Below are positions 1-9,459 of a stretch of 30,358 bases of DNA, in pieces; the stretch's first letter is position 1, and the number at the start of each line of letters is the position of its first letter. The stretch is from Pedosphaera sp. (lineage in GTDB: Bacteria > Verrucomicrobiota > Verrucomicrobiia > Limisphaerales > SIBH01). The DNA lies in NCBI GenBank assembly GCA_031414955.1, contig JANOQV010000039.1:1-30358 (forward strand), in the 5' to 3' direction. The notes under the pieces were generated by a model. The model made no database searches, was not told the DNA's origin, and saw only the letters and a program-made list of their open reading frames with translations. A program made the position numbers and the translations under genes.

Positions 1-141
1 CGCCCCGCAGATGCCCGCCAGCGTGCGCGAGCCGATGATCAGCCAAAGCGCCGTGGCCCCGCTGAAGCGCGTGGCATAGGCAAACAAGGCATACGACACC
101 ACCGAGCCCGCCGTGCTGACCAGCAACACCGGCCGCCGGCC
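1..141 (-). pseudogene. Inverted fragment of a second MFS (TetA/DHA1-like) transporter gene, open at the window edge
   Basis: The reverse complement of 141..1 translates without stops to GRRPVLLVSTAGSVVSYALFAYATRFSGATALWLIIGSRTLAGICGA. This aligns without gaps (28/47 identical by hand) to the + strand MFS starting at 131. Confidence 0.85.
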
Positions 142-1189
142 CGTCCTGCTGATCAGCCTGGCGGGCAGCGCCATTTCCTACGCGATGTTCGCCCTGGCTT
201 CCGGCATGGAGGGACGCGCGGCGCTCGGCATGATCCTGGCCGCCCGCGTGTTCGCCGGCATCTGCGGCGCGAACATCACCGTGGCGCAGGCTTACATCGC
301 GGACATCACGCCGCCCGAGCAGCGCACCAAGCGCATGGGATTGATCGGCATGGCCTTCGGGCTGGGATTCATCTTTGGCCCGCCCATTGGCGGCATTGCC
401 TTCAAGCATCTCGGCGACGCCGGGCCAGGCATCGTGGCCAGCGCCTTGTGCGCAGTGAATTTCATCCTCGCCGTCTTCATCCTCACGGAAAGCTGGAAGC
501 CCGACGCCCACACCGACGCCGCGCGCCGGCCGCGCCTCGAACAGTGGAAGCACACGCTGCGTCAGCCCACGGTCGGGCTGCTCGTGATCATCTTCTTCCT
601 CGCCACCTTCTGCTTCACCTGCTTCGAGATCACGCTCGGGCTGGTCATCGCGAACAACTTCAAGCTCGGCTTCAAGACGACCGACGCCATTTCGGTGGCA
701 GGAATGTTGTTCATGTACTGCGGCATCATCGGCGCCTTCGTGCAAGGCGGCCCCATCGGCAAGCTGGTGAAAAAACTCGGCGAGCGGAAGCTGATCGCCA
801 TCAGCCTGATCCTGACCGGAATCAGTCTCGCGCCCATGCCGTTCATTCACGGGGAGGGCAAGCTGTCGTGGTCGCTGCTCTTCAGCAATCAGGGCGGGCC
901 GTGGTGGATGTTGCTGCTGACGCTGGCGGTGCTCTCCATCGGCACGGGATTGACGCGTCCGCCGCTCTTCGGCCTGCTCTCGGTGCTCACGCCGGCGGAC
1001 CAACAGGGTGCGACCCTCGGCATCGCCCAGAGCGCCGGCAGCCTCGCGCGCATCTTCGGGCCGATGTTCGCGGGCTCGCTCTTCGCGGCGCACGCGGCGA
1101 TTCCGTATCTGACCTGCGCGCTGATCGCGGTCGTGACCGGTCTGGTGGCGTGGGCGAAACTCAGGCCGCCAGCATCGGCAGCGAGTTGA
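131..1189 (+). CDS. MFS transporter, TetA/DHA1-like; 5'-truncated (lacks roughly the first two TM helices)
   Basis: GRRPVLL (end of MFS motif A), AQAYIADIT, and motif C-like GLGFIFGPPIGG, plus many hydrophobic segments. An in-frame TAG at 77-79 blocks upstream extension, and 1-141 belongs to an inverted paralogue. Confidence 0.85.
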   Translation, partial: GRRPVLLISLAGSAISYAMFALASGMEGRAALGMILAARVFAGICGANITVAQAYIADITPPEQRTKRMGLIGMAFGLGFIFGPPIGGIAFKHLGDAGPGIVASALCAVNFILAVFILTESWKPDAHTDAARRPRLEQWKHTLRQPTVGLLVIIFFLATFCFTCFEITLGLVIANNFKLGFKTTDAISVAGMLFMYCGIIGAFVQGGPIGKLVKKLGERKLIAISLILTGISLAPMPFIHGEGKLSWSLLFSNQGGPWWMLLLTLAVLSIGTGLTRPPLFGLLSVLTPADQQGATLGIAQSAGSLARIFGPMFAGSLFAAHAAIPYLTCALIAVVTGLVAWAKLRPPASAAS

Positions 1190-1266
1190 ACCGGTGCGAG
1201 AGACGCTGAGGGTCACGGCCTGGGAACCGCGCGTGTCCTCACGGAAGCGACGGAGGGACGAAGCTT

Positions 1267-1285
1267 TGGGGACGCGCCGTCCCCA
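1267..1285. repeat. Short GC-rich hairpin (REP-like or terminator-like)
   Basis: tggggacg-cgc-cgtcccca, a perfect 8-bp stem in the gap after the MFS gene; no U-tract. Confidence 0.4.
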
Positions 1286-1430
1286 CGCCACGGAGCCAGA
1301 AGACACTCCTCTCCCGCAGCCTCGGCAATTAACCCCTTTCCACCCCCTGCCCCGTTGGGTAAAGGTTCCATGCTCGCAGGGTTTCCCCAGCGGAGATCAG
1401 CGCCCGGTTCCGGCGCGGCGAGCGGTTTCG

Positions 1431-2771
1431 ATGAACATCCATGCGTGCGCGTTTGATCCCCGCGCGCTGCTCCGTGGCAGCGCGGCGGCCGCATTATTGG
1501 TGCTCTTCACCCTGTGCGGGCTGGCCGCCGACCCGATGATTCTGACCAGCGCGAGCCAGCAGTTCACCGTCCGGGGCAAGCCTCAGCGGTCGGCCTTCGC
1601 GACCAGCGCGAAGGACGATCAAATTTACATCAACCCCGCCGTGCTGGTGGTGGCTTGCGAACGGATCAAGGAAGCCGTGGCGAAGGAGTTGGGCTGGATC
1701 GATCCGTGGCGCGGCGGGATTTTCGTGAATGTCCATCCGCTGCGTTTTGACAACGAGCGGCCGGAGCTTTCGGCCTTCCGCACCACCACGGGCTGGCGTT
1801 ACCGACTGGAGGTCCCGGACCAGATCAGCCGCGCCCGCCTGATTGAATCGATTGTGGAAGCCTTGCTGCTGGAATTCGCCGACCGGGCGGCGGCGCAACA
1901 CTCGGTGGAGTTGCCACCGTGGCTGGCCGAGGGGCTGGCCGCGCATTTGATGGCCGGCCCGCTCGCCGGACTGCCCTTGCAGCCCAACGCCACCAACGTC
2001 CGCCATAATCCACGCAACGATCCCGTGGCCCCGTTGCGGGCGAAACTTCACGAATCCGTCGCGCTTTCGGTCGATCAGCTCAACTGGCCGGAGTTCGACT
2101 GGGACGATCGTCGGGCGGCGGAGGCCTATCATCACTCGGCGCATTTGTTCGTGCGCGAGCTGTTGAAACTGGCGGGCGGCCCGGATTTGATTTCCGCGAC
2201 CCTGGCCTTTCTGCCCGAACACTTGAACTGGCAGAGCGCGTTCTTGCGCGGATTCGGGGCGCACTTTCCCCGTCTGCTCGACGTGGAGAAGTGGTGGGCG
2301 CTGCAACTGGCCCAATTGAAAACGCATGACACCAAATACGTGTGGTCCGGGCCGGAGGCACAGCAACGGCTGGAGGAGATACTCTACACGCCGATGGAGG
2401 TGCGCCTGGATGCGAACGAACTGCCCCACGTCACACCCGTGGCGCTGCAAACGGTCATCCACGATTGGGATTTCCAGCAGCAGGTGCCGTTGCTGCGCAA
2501 CAAGTTGGTGCAATTGAGCCTGCTGCGCCTGCGCCTGCCGGGGGAGTTGGGGGCCATCTCCGAATCCTATCGCGCGGTCCTCGAAAAATATTTGCAAGGA
2601 CGGTCCAAGGCGTGGTTCGGCCTCACGGCCCGGGGCGCGTTGCAGGAGGCCATCGCCCAGTTCAACGCGCTGGATGCGCAGCGCGCGAAGTTGACCGCCA
2701 AATCGGTGACTTCGGCCCCGCCCAGCGGGCCGGATGAGCCGGGCGCGGTGGTGCCCTTGACACTCCGATGA
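1431..2771 (+). CDS. Secreted hypothetical protein with a gluzincin/Peptidase_MA-like 'PxWLxEGLA' motif
   Basis: ATG at 1431 precedes a signal-peptide-like stretch (AAAALLVLFTLCGLAA-D). Contains LPPWLAEGLA but no HExxH. The track's 1194 start looks over-extended. Confidence 0.65.
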   Translation: MNIHACAFDPRALLRGSAAAALLVLFTLCGLAADPMILTSASQQFTVRGKPQRSAFATSAKDDQIYINPAVLVVACERIKEAVAKELGWIDPWRGGIFVNVHPLRFDNERPELSAFRTTTGWRYRLEVPDQISRARLIESIVEALLLEFADRAAAQHSVELPPWLAEGLAAHLMAGPLAGLPLQPNATNVRHNPRNDPVAPLRAKLHESVALSVDQLNWPEFDWDDRRAAEAYHHSAHLFVRELLKLAGGPDLISATLAFLPEHLNWQSAFLRGFGAHFPRLLDVEKWWALQLAQLKTHDTKYVWSGPEAQQRLEEILYTPMEVRLDANELPHVTPVALQTVIHDWDFQQQVPLLRNKLVQLSLLRLRLPGELGAISESYRAVLEKYLQGRSKAWFGLTARGALQEAIAQFNALDAQRAKLTAKSVTSAPPSGPDEPGAVVPLTLR

Positions 2772-2844
2772 CCAAATTTATAGTGCGGCCGCAATGGCGA
2801 GGACAAACTCAGCGGCGGACAATGGAGACGACCCTGATTCCCAA

Positions 2845-4029
2845 ATGACGACGCTCAAGCAGTTCCACTCGGCCGGGCGCGGCTTCTGGAGCGACGTGTC
2901 CGAGGCCGATTGGAACGACCACCGCTGGCAACTCAAGCACCGCATCACCACGCTGGAACAGTTGCGCCCCCTGCTCCCCACCTTGACCCCGGAGGAGGAA
3001 GCGGGCACCAAGCTGGCCAACACCAAGCTGGCGCTGGCCATCACGCCGTATTTCTTCAACCTCATCGATGCTTCCGATGAACACTGCCCGATCCGGCGAC
3101 AGGTCATTCCGCGTCTGGAGGAGGCGACCACGGCCCCCTGGGAAATGCTCGATCCGGTCGGTGAAGATTCACACTCGCCCGTGCCCGGACTGGTGCATCG
3201 TTATCCCGATCGGGTGCTCTTCCTCGTCACTGACCGGTGCGCCAGCTATTGCCGCTACTGCACGCGCTCGCGGCTGGTCAGCAATGCCACGGGCTACGAC
3301 TTCCATCCCGAGTATGACCGGCAGATCGATTATATCGCGCGGCACCCCGAGATTCGCGACGTGCTCCTGAGTGGCGGCGACCCGCTGCTCTTGAGTGATG
3401 ACAAGCTGGAGTCACTGCTCCAGCGGCTTCGCGCCATTCCGCATCTGGAGTTCCTGCGCATCGGCTCGCGCATCCCGACCTTTCTGCCCCAACGCATCAC
3501 GCCGGAACTATGCGCCATGCTGCGGAAGTATCATCCGCTCTTCGTCAGCATTCACACCAACCACCCGCGCGAACTGACCACGGAAGTGCGCGCGGCGGTG
3601 GGCCGCCTGGCGGACGCGGGCATCCCGCTGGGCAACCAGTCCGTGTTGCTCAAGCATGTGAACGACGATCCAGTCATACTGAAGGCGCTCTTCCAAAAGC
3701 TCCTCATGTGCCGGGTGCGGCCCTACTACCTTTACCAGTGCGACTTGATTGCCGGCTCGGCCCACTTGCGCACCAGCGTGCGGCGCGGACTGGAAATCAT
3801 GGAACAGATCCGCGGCCACACCACCGGCTACGCCGTGCCGCAATACGTGATCGACGCCCCGGGCGGCGGCGGCAAGGTGCCGATCAACCCCGCCTACGTG
3901 CTCAGCCACAACAACGACCGCGTGGTTATCCGCAACTTCGAGGGCAAGGTCTTCGAGTATCCCGAGGCGGCGGACGGGACTCCGCTGGTGCGCGGGGGCA
4001 AAGCCGTCGAGGTGCCCGAACTGGTTTAG
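2845..4029 (+). CDS. kamA: KamA-family radical SAM enzyme (lysine 2,3-aminomutase-like)
   Basis: LVHRYPDRVL, CASYCRYC (CxxxCxxC), LSGGDPL, NQSVLL, PYYLYQCD and the PLP-lysine motif DAPGGGGKVP. Start is 2845 or 2794. Confidence 0.9.
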   Translation: MTTLKQFHSAGRGFWSDVSEADWNDHRWQLKHRITTLEQLRPLLPTLTPEEEAGTKLANTKLALAITPYFFNLIDASDEHCPIRRQVIPRLEEATTAPWEMLDPVGEDSHSPVPGLVHRYPDRVLFLVTDRCASYCRYCTRSRLVSNATGYDFHPEYDRQIDYIARHPEIRDVLLSGGDPLLLSDDKLESLLQRLRAIPHLEFLRIGSRIPTFLPQRITPELCAMLRKYHPLFVSIHTNHPRELTTEVRAAVGRLADAGIPLGNQSVLLKHVNDDPVILKALFQKLLMCRVRPYYLYQCDLIAGSAHLRTSVRRGLEIMEQIRGHTTGYAVPQYVIDAPGGGGKVPINPAYVLSHNNDRVVIRNFEGKVFEYPEAADGTPLVRGGKAVEVPELV

Positions 4030-4194
4030 GCCCGGCGCGGCCCGCGCGAGCGACGGGTTCGCTCCGGGCGGTCGGCTCCAGCTTCAAGCCCGGGCGGATG
4101 GGAAAGTTTGATCATGCCGGTGACCGCATCCTCCCGAGCTGGCCAAGTGAGCTTCCCAAGGACAACAGCCGTGGGCTTAATTTCTAACCATTGA

Positions 4195-4563
4195 ATGAAA
4201 ACCGTCGCGATCATCGGAGCCTCAAACAACCGAGAGAAATGGGGCAACAAAGCGGTGCGAGCTTTCGCGCAGCAGGGTTACACCGTTTATCCCGTGAACC
4301 CCAACGAGCCGGAGATCGAGGGACTCAAGGCTTACGCCAGAATCCAGGATGTGCCGGTGCGTCCGCAGATGATTTCCGTCTATGTTCCGCCGCCGCGGTT
4401 GGTGAACCTCCTGCCCGACCTCGCCGCGCGGGGCTGTGATGAACTGTTCCTGAATCCCGGCACCGAATCGGCCGAAGTGCTGACCGAGTGCGAACGACTG
4501 GGCCTGAACGCGATTCAAGCGTGCAGCATCATCGCGGCCGGGGTGTCGCCGGGGAAACTCTGA
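4195..4563 (+). CDS. CoA-binding protein (YccU/CoA_binding_2 family)
   Basis: KTVAIIGAS...GYTVYPVNP...IEGLKAY...FLNPG...C pattern, 122 aa. Confidence 0.9.
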   Translation: MKTVAIIGASNNREKWGNKAVRAFAQQGYTVYPVNPNEPEIEGLKAYARIQDVPVRPQMISVYVPPPRLVNLLPDLAARGCDELFLNPGTESAEVLTECERLGLNAIQACSIIAAGVSPGKL

Positions 4564-4577
4564 TCCAGATCCAACTT

Positions 4578-4755
4578 AGAGCCGGTCTGAAAAGTCACTG
4601 GTGCAGCGCAAGCGGCCCGCCCCGGAGTGCGCCCGTCCTCGGGCGCAGCAACGTGCAAACACCAGCGGGCATGGGTTTTTCCGACGCGCTCCAAGTCATC
4701 ACGTTGCGGCACCCGAGGCGGGCGCACTCCGCCTCCGAATTTTCAGACCGGCTCT
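4578..4755. mobile_element. 178-bp non-autonomous MITE-like element with an internal inverted REP-like pair
   Basis: Perfect 16-bp terminal inverted repeat agagccggtctgaaaa (4578-4593) / ttttcagaccggctct (4740-4755). An internal ~32-bp imperfect inverted repeat lies at 4624-4655 / 4700-4730. Confidence 0.75.
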
Positions 4756-5837
4756 CAGGCCCGCCAGGTCTGCTTCAGGAACTCCGCGCCTGGGGCGGCG
4801 AGTTCCTCGCGGGTCGGCTCCTGGGCCACGCCGGGCGCGCGGCGCGGGAGCAGGCGTTGATGGAGCGGGATGTGCGGGACGTTGCGCACGTCGAAGTTCA
4901 AAAAGGACAAGAGCAACTGCACGCCGACGAGCACCGGCAGCGCGGCGAGCATGACGGTGCCGGCCGTGACGGGAACACCCGATTCCATCGAACCCCACCA
5001 GCGCAGCCCGCCGAAAAGAAGACCGAAGAGAAGGGCGGCGAACCCGGCCAGCAGTTCCACGGAGGCCACGCTGAAGTTGCGCAAGTAGTGGTTGTAGGCC
5101 ACGCGCTTGACGGCGTTACGAAAGTGCAGCAGGAGAAACGGCGCGAGGACCCGGCCGACGCGAAGATGGCTGCGCTCGTCCGCATATCGGGCCGACATGG
5201 GCACGTCCTCCACGACCGCGCCAAGCGTGTTGAGCCGGAACAGCAGATCGGACTCGAAGAAGTAGCGCGGGTGCAGTTTGTGCAGCGGCAATTCGCGCAG
5301 CACGGCGGCGTGAATGGCGACGTAGCCGTTCGTCGGATCGAAGATGCCCCAGTAACCGGAGGAAAGTTTCGTGATGAACGAAAGGCCGGCGTTTCCCACG
5401 AGGCGTAACGCCGGCATGGAGTGGATGGACTCCAGATTGATGAAGCGGTTGCCTTTGCTGTAGTCGGCGCGGCCCGCGAGAATCGGCCCGATGATGCGCG
5501 GCAGGATGGCCGGGTCCATTTGTCCGTCGCCATCGAGCTTCACCACGATGTCGGCACCGTCGTTCAGCGCCTGGCGGAAGCCGGTGATGCAGGCCCCGCC
5601 CACGCCGCGATTGCCTTCATGGTGCAAGACGCGCACGCGGGCATCTTCGCAATGTTCAGCGATGAATTGTCCGCTGCCATCGGGACAGGCGTCGTCCACG
5701 CAGTAAATCTTTCCGACCTCCGGCCCGATGGCGTCCAGGACTTCGAGAATGTGGGAGATGACGCGGTAACAGGGAATGACCACGGCGAGGCGCGGCGTGG
5801 CGGCGGCGGCGGTTTCCACTGGGAGAGAGTTATTCAC
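4755..5837 (-). CDS. Glycosyltransferase family 2, DPM1/GtrB-like polyprenol-phosphate type with C-terminal TM helices
   Basis: VVIPCY, VDDACPDGS, NRGVGGA, KLDGDGQMDP, DPTNGY, and two hydrophobic helices near the C-terminus. Confidence 0.9.
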   Translation of the reverse strand: MNNSLPVETAAAATPRLAVVIPCYRVISHILEVLDAIGPEVGKIYCVDDACPDGSGQFIAEHCEDARVRVLHHEGNRGVGGACITGFRQALNDGADIVVKLDGDGQMDPAILPRIIGPILAGRADYSKGNRFINLESIHSMPALRLVGNAGLSFITKLSSGYWGIFDPTNGYVAIHAAVLRELPLHKLHPRYFFESDLLFRLNTLGAVVEDVPMSARYADERSHLRVGRVLAPFLLLHFRNAVKRVAYNHYLRNFSVASVELLAGFAALLFGLLFGGLRWWGSMESGVPVTAGTVMLAALPVLVGVQLLLSFLNFDVRNVPHIPLHQRLLPRRAPGVAQEPTREELAAPGAEFLKQTWRA

Positions 5838-6486
5838 GACGCCAGGCGGAAATGAGGAACAGCGGGGCCAGCGGAAGGCGCAGCGGCACGCAGGTGGTCT
5901 TGACCCGAACGAAGCCGCTGGCCGCCAGCCGGGCTTCGACTTCGTAGCCGGTGTGGTAATGGTCCCAGGGTTTCTCGATGCCGAAGATTTTTCGCAGGAG
6001 CACGTAAACCCAGTTCTCGGTGGGCAGCGAGGTCAGCAGGATGCCGCCGGGCTTGAGCCAGCGGTGCAGCCGCGAGACGGGCAATTCCAGATCGCTAAAA
6101 TGCTCCAGCACGTCGGCGGCGATGGCGGTGTCAAAAGGCCGGTCGGCAAAATCCACCTTCGCCGCGTCGTCTTCAACGACTGTGATGTTCTGCAAGTTGT
6201 AGTGCTCCGCCACCTGCCGGGCCTGCCGGGCTTCGAGATCGAGCAGCGTCACATGCTTGAAATAACCGGCCAGCGTGGGAAGAAACACTCCCGAACCGCC
6301 GCCAAAATCCAGGCAGTTTCCGTCGGCCTTCGTGACGCGGCGGGCCAACCGGTTCAAACTGTGCAGGCGTTGCCAGAAGAACCGGCGCAACAGGGGATTG
6401 CCGGCGTAATAGAGGCGCGGAATGCGATCACTGTTGTCGGCAATGGCCGCCAGGTACTCGTGGGGAATTTGAACGAAGGATGTCAT
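5830..6486 (-). CDS. Class I SAM-dependent methyltransferase
   Basis: CLDFGGGSG (motif I), DVLEHF, LKPGGILL; overlaps both neighbouring genes. Confidence 0.9.
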   Translation of the reverse strand: MTSFVQIPHEYLAAIADNSDRIPRLYYAGNPLLRRFFWQRLHSLNRLARRVTKADGNCLDFGGGSGVFLPTLAGYFKHVTLLDLEARQARQVAEHYNLQNITVVEDDAAKVDFADRPFDTAIAADVLEHFSDLELPVSRLHRWLKPGGILLTSLPTENWVYVLLRKIFGIEKPWDHYHTGYEVEARLAASGFVRVKTTCVPLRLPLAPLFLISAWRRE

Positions 6487-8480
6487 AAGGGCGTGGGCTC
6501 GCGCAGCGCGACCGAGTTACGCTGGGGCGTGGGCGGCGCACTGCGGTTGAGTTCGAAGACCACAATGTGTCCGTCGGAGTAGCGCACCGTGCCCCGCGCG
6601 GCCATTTCATCCAGGCTGAGCCGGAGGTAGGTGCCGTAGTCGCCGAGCTTCTGGTAAACGGTCCAGGGACTTTGCTGCATCCGGGCCAACGTGTTCAGCC
6701 GCACTGTGCCGAAGCCGTTGGTCTCGAGAATCACAAACTGGATTCCGTTGCTTCGGAAATAGTTCTCCAGGCTGCCAACGGGCACGCCGGCGGGAAAACG
6801 CAGCGCCGGACCACTGACCCCGGGCACCGAGAGCGTGAGAAGCCGGTTGCGTTGGAAGTCGAATTGAAAAGGCGCGGCTGTCCAGACGAGCGCGGTGGCC
6901 CCGCTGGGAATGTTCGTCTGCAACCGCCGATGATACCAAGCGGCCTCGCTGGTGAGCATTTGCCGGCTGTAATCGGTCGTGGCCCGGTTGAAATCGAATG
7001 CAATTAATGTTCCCTCGTTCAGCGCCGTGGTCAGTCGCTTTTGAAATGAATCGTGGAAAAGAAAAACCACCAGCGCACAACCGGTGGCAAAGCCGCCGCC
7101 CAACCAGGCCCGGGAGCCGGCTCCTGGTGTCGTCCGCGCCCGGACCAGGCCCAAGGCGATCACGAACAGACCGCCGATGACAATGGGGCACGAATACCGG
7201 ACCGCCATGCTGATGGGAAAGAGGTGGCTATGCAGCAGCATGGTCGCGAGCACCGCGAATCCGCCGGCCGCCAGAGCGGGCAGGCCAGAAAGCTTGCGCT
7301 GAAAGCCCCGTGACCAGCCATACCAGAGGGCCGCCAAGGTGGCGCTGAACACCACGAACGAGGCCATGAAGTAGAAGACCGGCATGCTTCCGTAGAACAG
7401 CGGGACAGGCTCCAGCCAGTGGACGGATTCGTGAGCGGCGAGCGACGGATACTTCTCCATCAATGCGGTCGGAGCCGTAAAATCCTTGGCCGTGTTGCGC
7501 GCGTGCCACAAGGGCGACAGCGCCACGAGGCACCAAGGCAACACGGCGATGGCCACCAACCCCGCGGTCGCGGCCCCGGCCCGGAACGTCTTCAAGCGGT
7601 TGCCGGCCTGCAACAAGGCGAGGCCGAAAAGCGCGGTGAGAAAAAAGGCGGTGAAGAAAGCCAGCGTGACCTTCATCGAGATGAGCCACGCGGCCAGCAG
7701 TCCAATCGTCACGAGCAAGCGCCCCGGCAGCCGGGCACCGGGCTGCGCCAGAGCTTGCCGCAGGAACATTCCGCAAACGATGAGCGCCATGATGCCCGCC
7801 GCGCCCGCGTAGAGCGGCGAGATGTTGACGTATTGTGGATTGATCCAGCAGAGCGCGGCGAGAGCGCTGACGCCCAGCCACCAGGGCATTCGCCAACGCA
7901 GGGACAGTTCCGCGACGAAGAACAGGCACAGCGCAAAACAGGCGACCGCGTCGAAGCCGTTGAGCATTCCCACCTCGCCGATGGCCAGGAAGAAACCGTG
8001 GAAGAACGACGGGCTGCCCAGACTGTCCACGCCTAGCGAATCGAAGGCGTTCCCGGTCAGACTGCCGGTCTGTGCCATGCGCGTGGCGCGCGTGACGTAG
8101 GTGTGGAAGTCATCGTTGATGTTGAACGTGCCAGCCGGCATCAGCAGCAGTGCGGCCCCAAGAGCCATGGCCGGTGCGAGCCAGAGCGGAATCGACTCCA
8201 AGGGAAATGTTCGGTGTCGCCAGGGCTTGTGCCGGAGTATTTCGCGCAAAGCGACGCCGAGGCCCACCACCATCAGGAAGATTAGAACAGGTGGCCGCGC
8301 CAGATGCGTCAGGTTAAGGACACCGCCGATCAATCCGAGCCAGGCGAGACCAATGATCGCTGTCAGCGAGTGGAAGAGCAGAACACGGCGGTCCAGAATG
8401 GGCCGAGTCAGCCTTCCCCACCCATAGGCAGAGAGGATGAACAGCCCTACGACACACGTTTGATAGATTTTTTCCACCAT
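6483..8480 (-). CDS. Polytopic membrane protein, possibly a GT-C-type glycosyltransferase
   Basis: 665 aa with more than 10 hydrophobic segments, an acidic loop motif NDDFHTY after the early helices, and a soluble C-terminal domain. Translationally coupled to the methyltransferase and GT2. Confidence 0.6.
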   Translation of the reverse strand: MVEKIYQTCVVGLFILSAYGWGRLTRPILDRRVLLFHSLTAIIGLAWLGLIGGVLNLTHLARPPVLIFLMVVGLGVALREILRHKPWRHRTFPLESIPLWLAPAMALGAALLLMPAGTFNINDDFHTYVTRATRMAQTGSLTGNAFDSLGVDSLGSPSFFHGFFLAIGEVGMLNGFDAVACFALCLFFVAELSLRWRMPWWLGVSALAALCWINPQYVNISPLYAGAAGIMALIVCGMFLRQALAQPGARLPGRLLVTIGLLAAWLISMKVTLAFFTAFFLTALFGLALLQAGNRLKTFRAGAATAGLVAIAVLPWCLVALSPLWHARNTAKDFTAPTALMEKYPSLAAHESVHWLEPVPLFYGSMPVFYFMASFVVFSATLAALWYGWSRGFQRKLSGLPALAAGGFAVLATMLLHSHLFPISMAVRYSCPIVIGGLFVIALGLVRARTTPGAGSRAWLGGGFATGCALVVFLFHDSFQKRLTTALNEGTLIAFDFNRATTDYSRQMLTSEAAWYHRRLQTNIPSGATALVWTAAPFQFDFQRNRLLTLSVPGVSGPALRFPAGVPVGSLENYFRSNGIQFVILETNGFGTVRLNTLARMQQSPWTVYQKLGDYGTYLRLSLDEMAARGTVRYSDGHIVVFELNRSAPPTPQRNSVALREPTPL

Positions 8481-8610
8481 GATAAACCACGCTCGAGCTT
8501 GGTTTCACAGTGCTTATATCGTCGTGATCGCAGGCGGGCTTAACCGCAGCGGATAAATCCAAAACGATTGGTCCCTGGCGTTCGTGGCCACGAACCCCGA
8601 GGGCTGCGGC

Positions 8611-9459
8611 TCAAACCGGCAGCGTCTTCTTGAGGAACTTCGCTCCTTTGGTCGCGATCTCGTTGCGCGTCGGCTCCATGCGACGCCAGATGGCGGCAGC
8701 GCGGGCGATGACCTTCACGTCGGTGGTAAAGGATTCGATCACGACGTCGCCCTTGTAGCCGATGGACTTGAGCGCCTTGGCAATGCCGGGCCAGTCGATG
8801 TGATCGTTGCCCGGCGTGCCACGGTCGCAACCGCAGGCGTGGAAGTGGGCGAGGAGCTTGCCGGCCTTCTTGATCGCGGCGGCCTGATTCTTCTGCTCGA
8901 TGTTCATGTGGAAAGTATCGAGGTGCAGCTTCACGGCCGGGCTGTGGACGGCTTTGAGCAGCTTGAGCCCCTGCTCCACGGTGTTGAGGAAATCGGTCTC
9001 AAAACGGTTCAGCGGCTCGACACAGAGCGTCACACCGCGCTTCTGGGCGTAAGCCGCGAGCACTTTGAGGTTCTTCACCACGTCCAGGAAATGCTGCTTC
9101 TTCTCAGCCTCGGTGTGCGCGCCGATGCGGCCAACCACGGAGTAAAGCGGTCCGATGATCGAAGGGCAGCCCAGCACCACGGCCTGATCGATGATGGCCT
9201 TCACGTAATCGACGCCCGTCTTTTGCTCGGCTGGTGTCCCGCGGAAGTCGCGACCCGGCCCCATGCAGGCGCAGACGCTGCCGATGGCCAGGCCCGCCTT
9301 GTCGGCTGCGGCCCGCACTTTCGCCGGATCAATGTGCGAGGGGTCTTCAATAGGAATTTCCACCGTGGCGAAGCCCCACTTCTTGAAGGTTGGGAAATGT
9401 TTCACGCTTTCCGTGGTGAAGGGCGAGGTGAACAGGAACGTGTTGATGCCGAGTCTCAT
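8611..9459 (-). CDS. Sugar phosphate isomerase/epimerase, D-psicose/D-tagatose/L-ribulose 3-epimerase family
   Basis: EPLNRFET, HLDTFHMNIE, HFH...DRG.PG, VIESF and AAIWR, the TIM-barrel metal and catalytic motifs of this family. Confidence 0.9.
   Translation of the reverse strand: MRLGINTFLFTSPFTTESVKHFPTFKKWGFATVEIPIEDPSHIDPAKVRAAADKAGLAIGSVCACMGPGRDFRGTPAEQKTGVDYVKAIIDQAVVLGCPSIIGPLYSVVGRIGAHTEAEKKQHFLDVVKNLKVLAAYAQKRGVTLCVEPLNRFETDFLNTVEQGLKLLKAVHSPAVKLHLDTFHMNIEQKNQAAAIKKAGKLLAHFHACGCDRGTPGNDHIDWPGIAKALKSIGYKGDVVIESFTTDVKVIARAAAIWRRMEPTRNEIATKGAKFLKKTLPV

Noticed and set aside
1194..1430. Upstream extension of the hypothetical protein
   Set aside because: Low-complexity translation across a hairpin-containing intergenic region; the signal peptide follows ATG 1431.
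2845..4029. EpmB (EF-P beta-lysylation) or pyrrolysine/osmolyte pathway assignment
   Set aside because: No efp, epmA or ablB-like neighbour in the window. The motifs support only KamA family membership.
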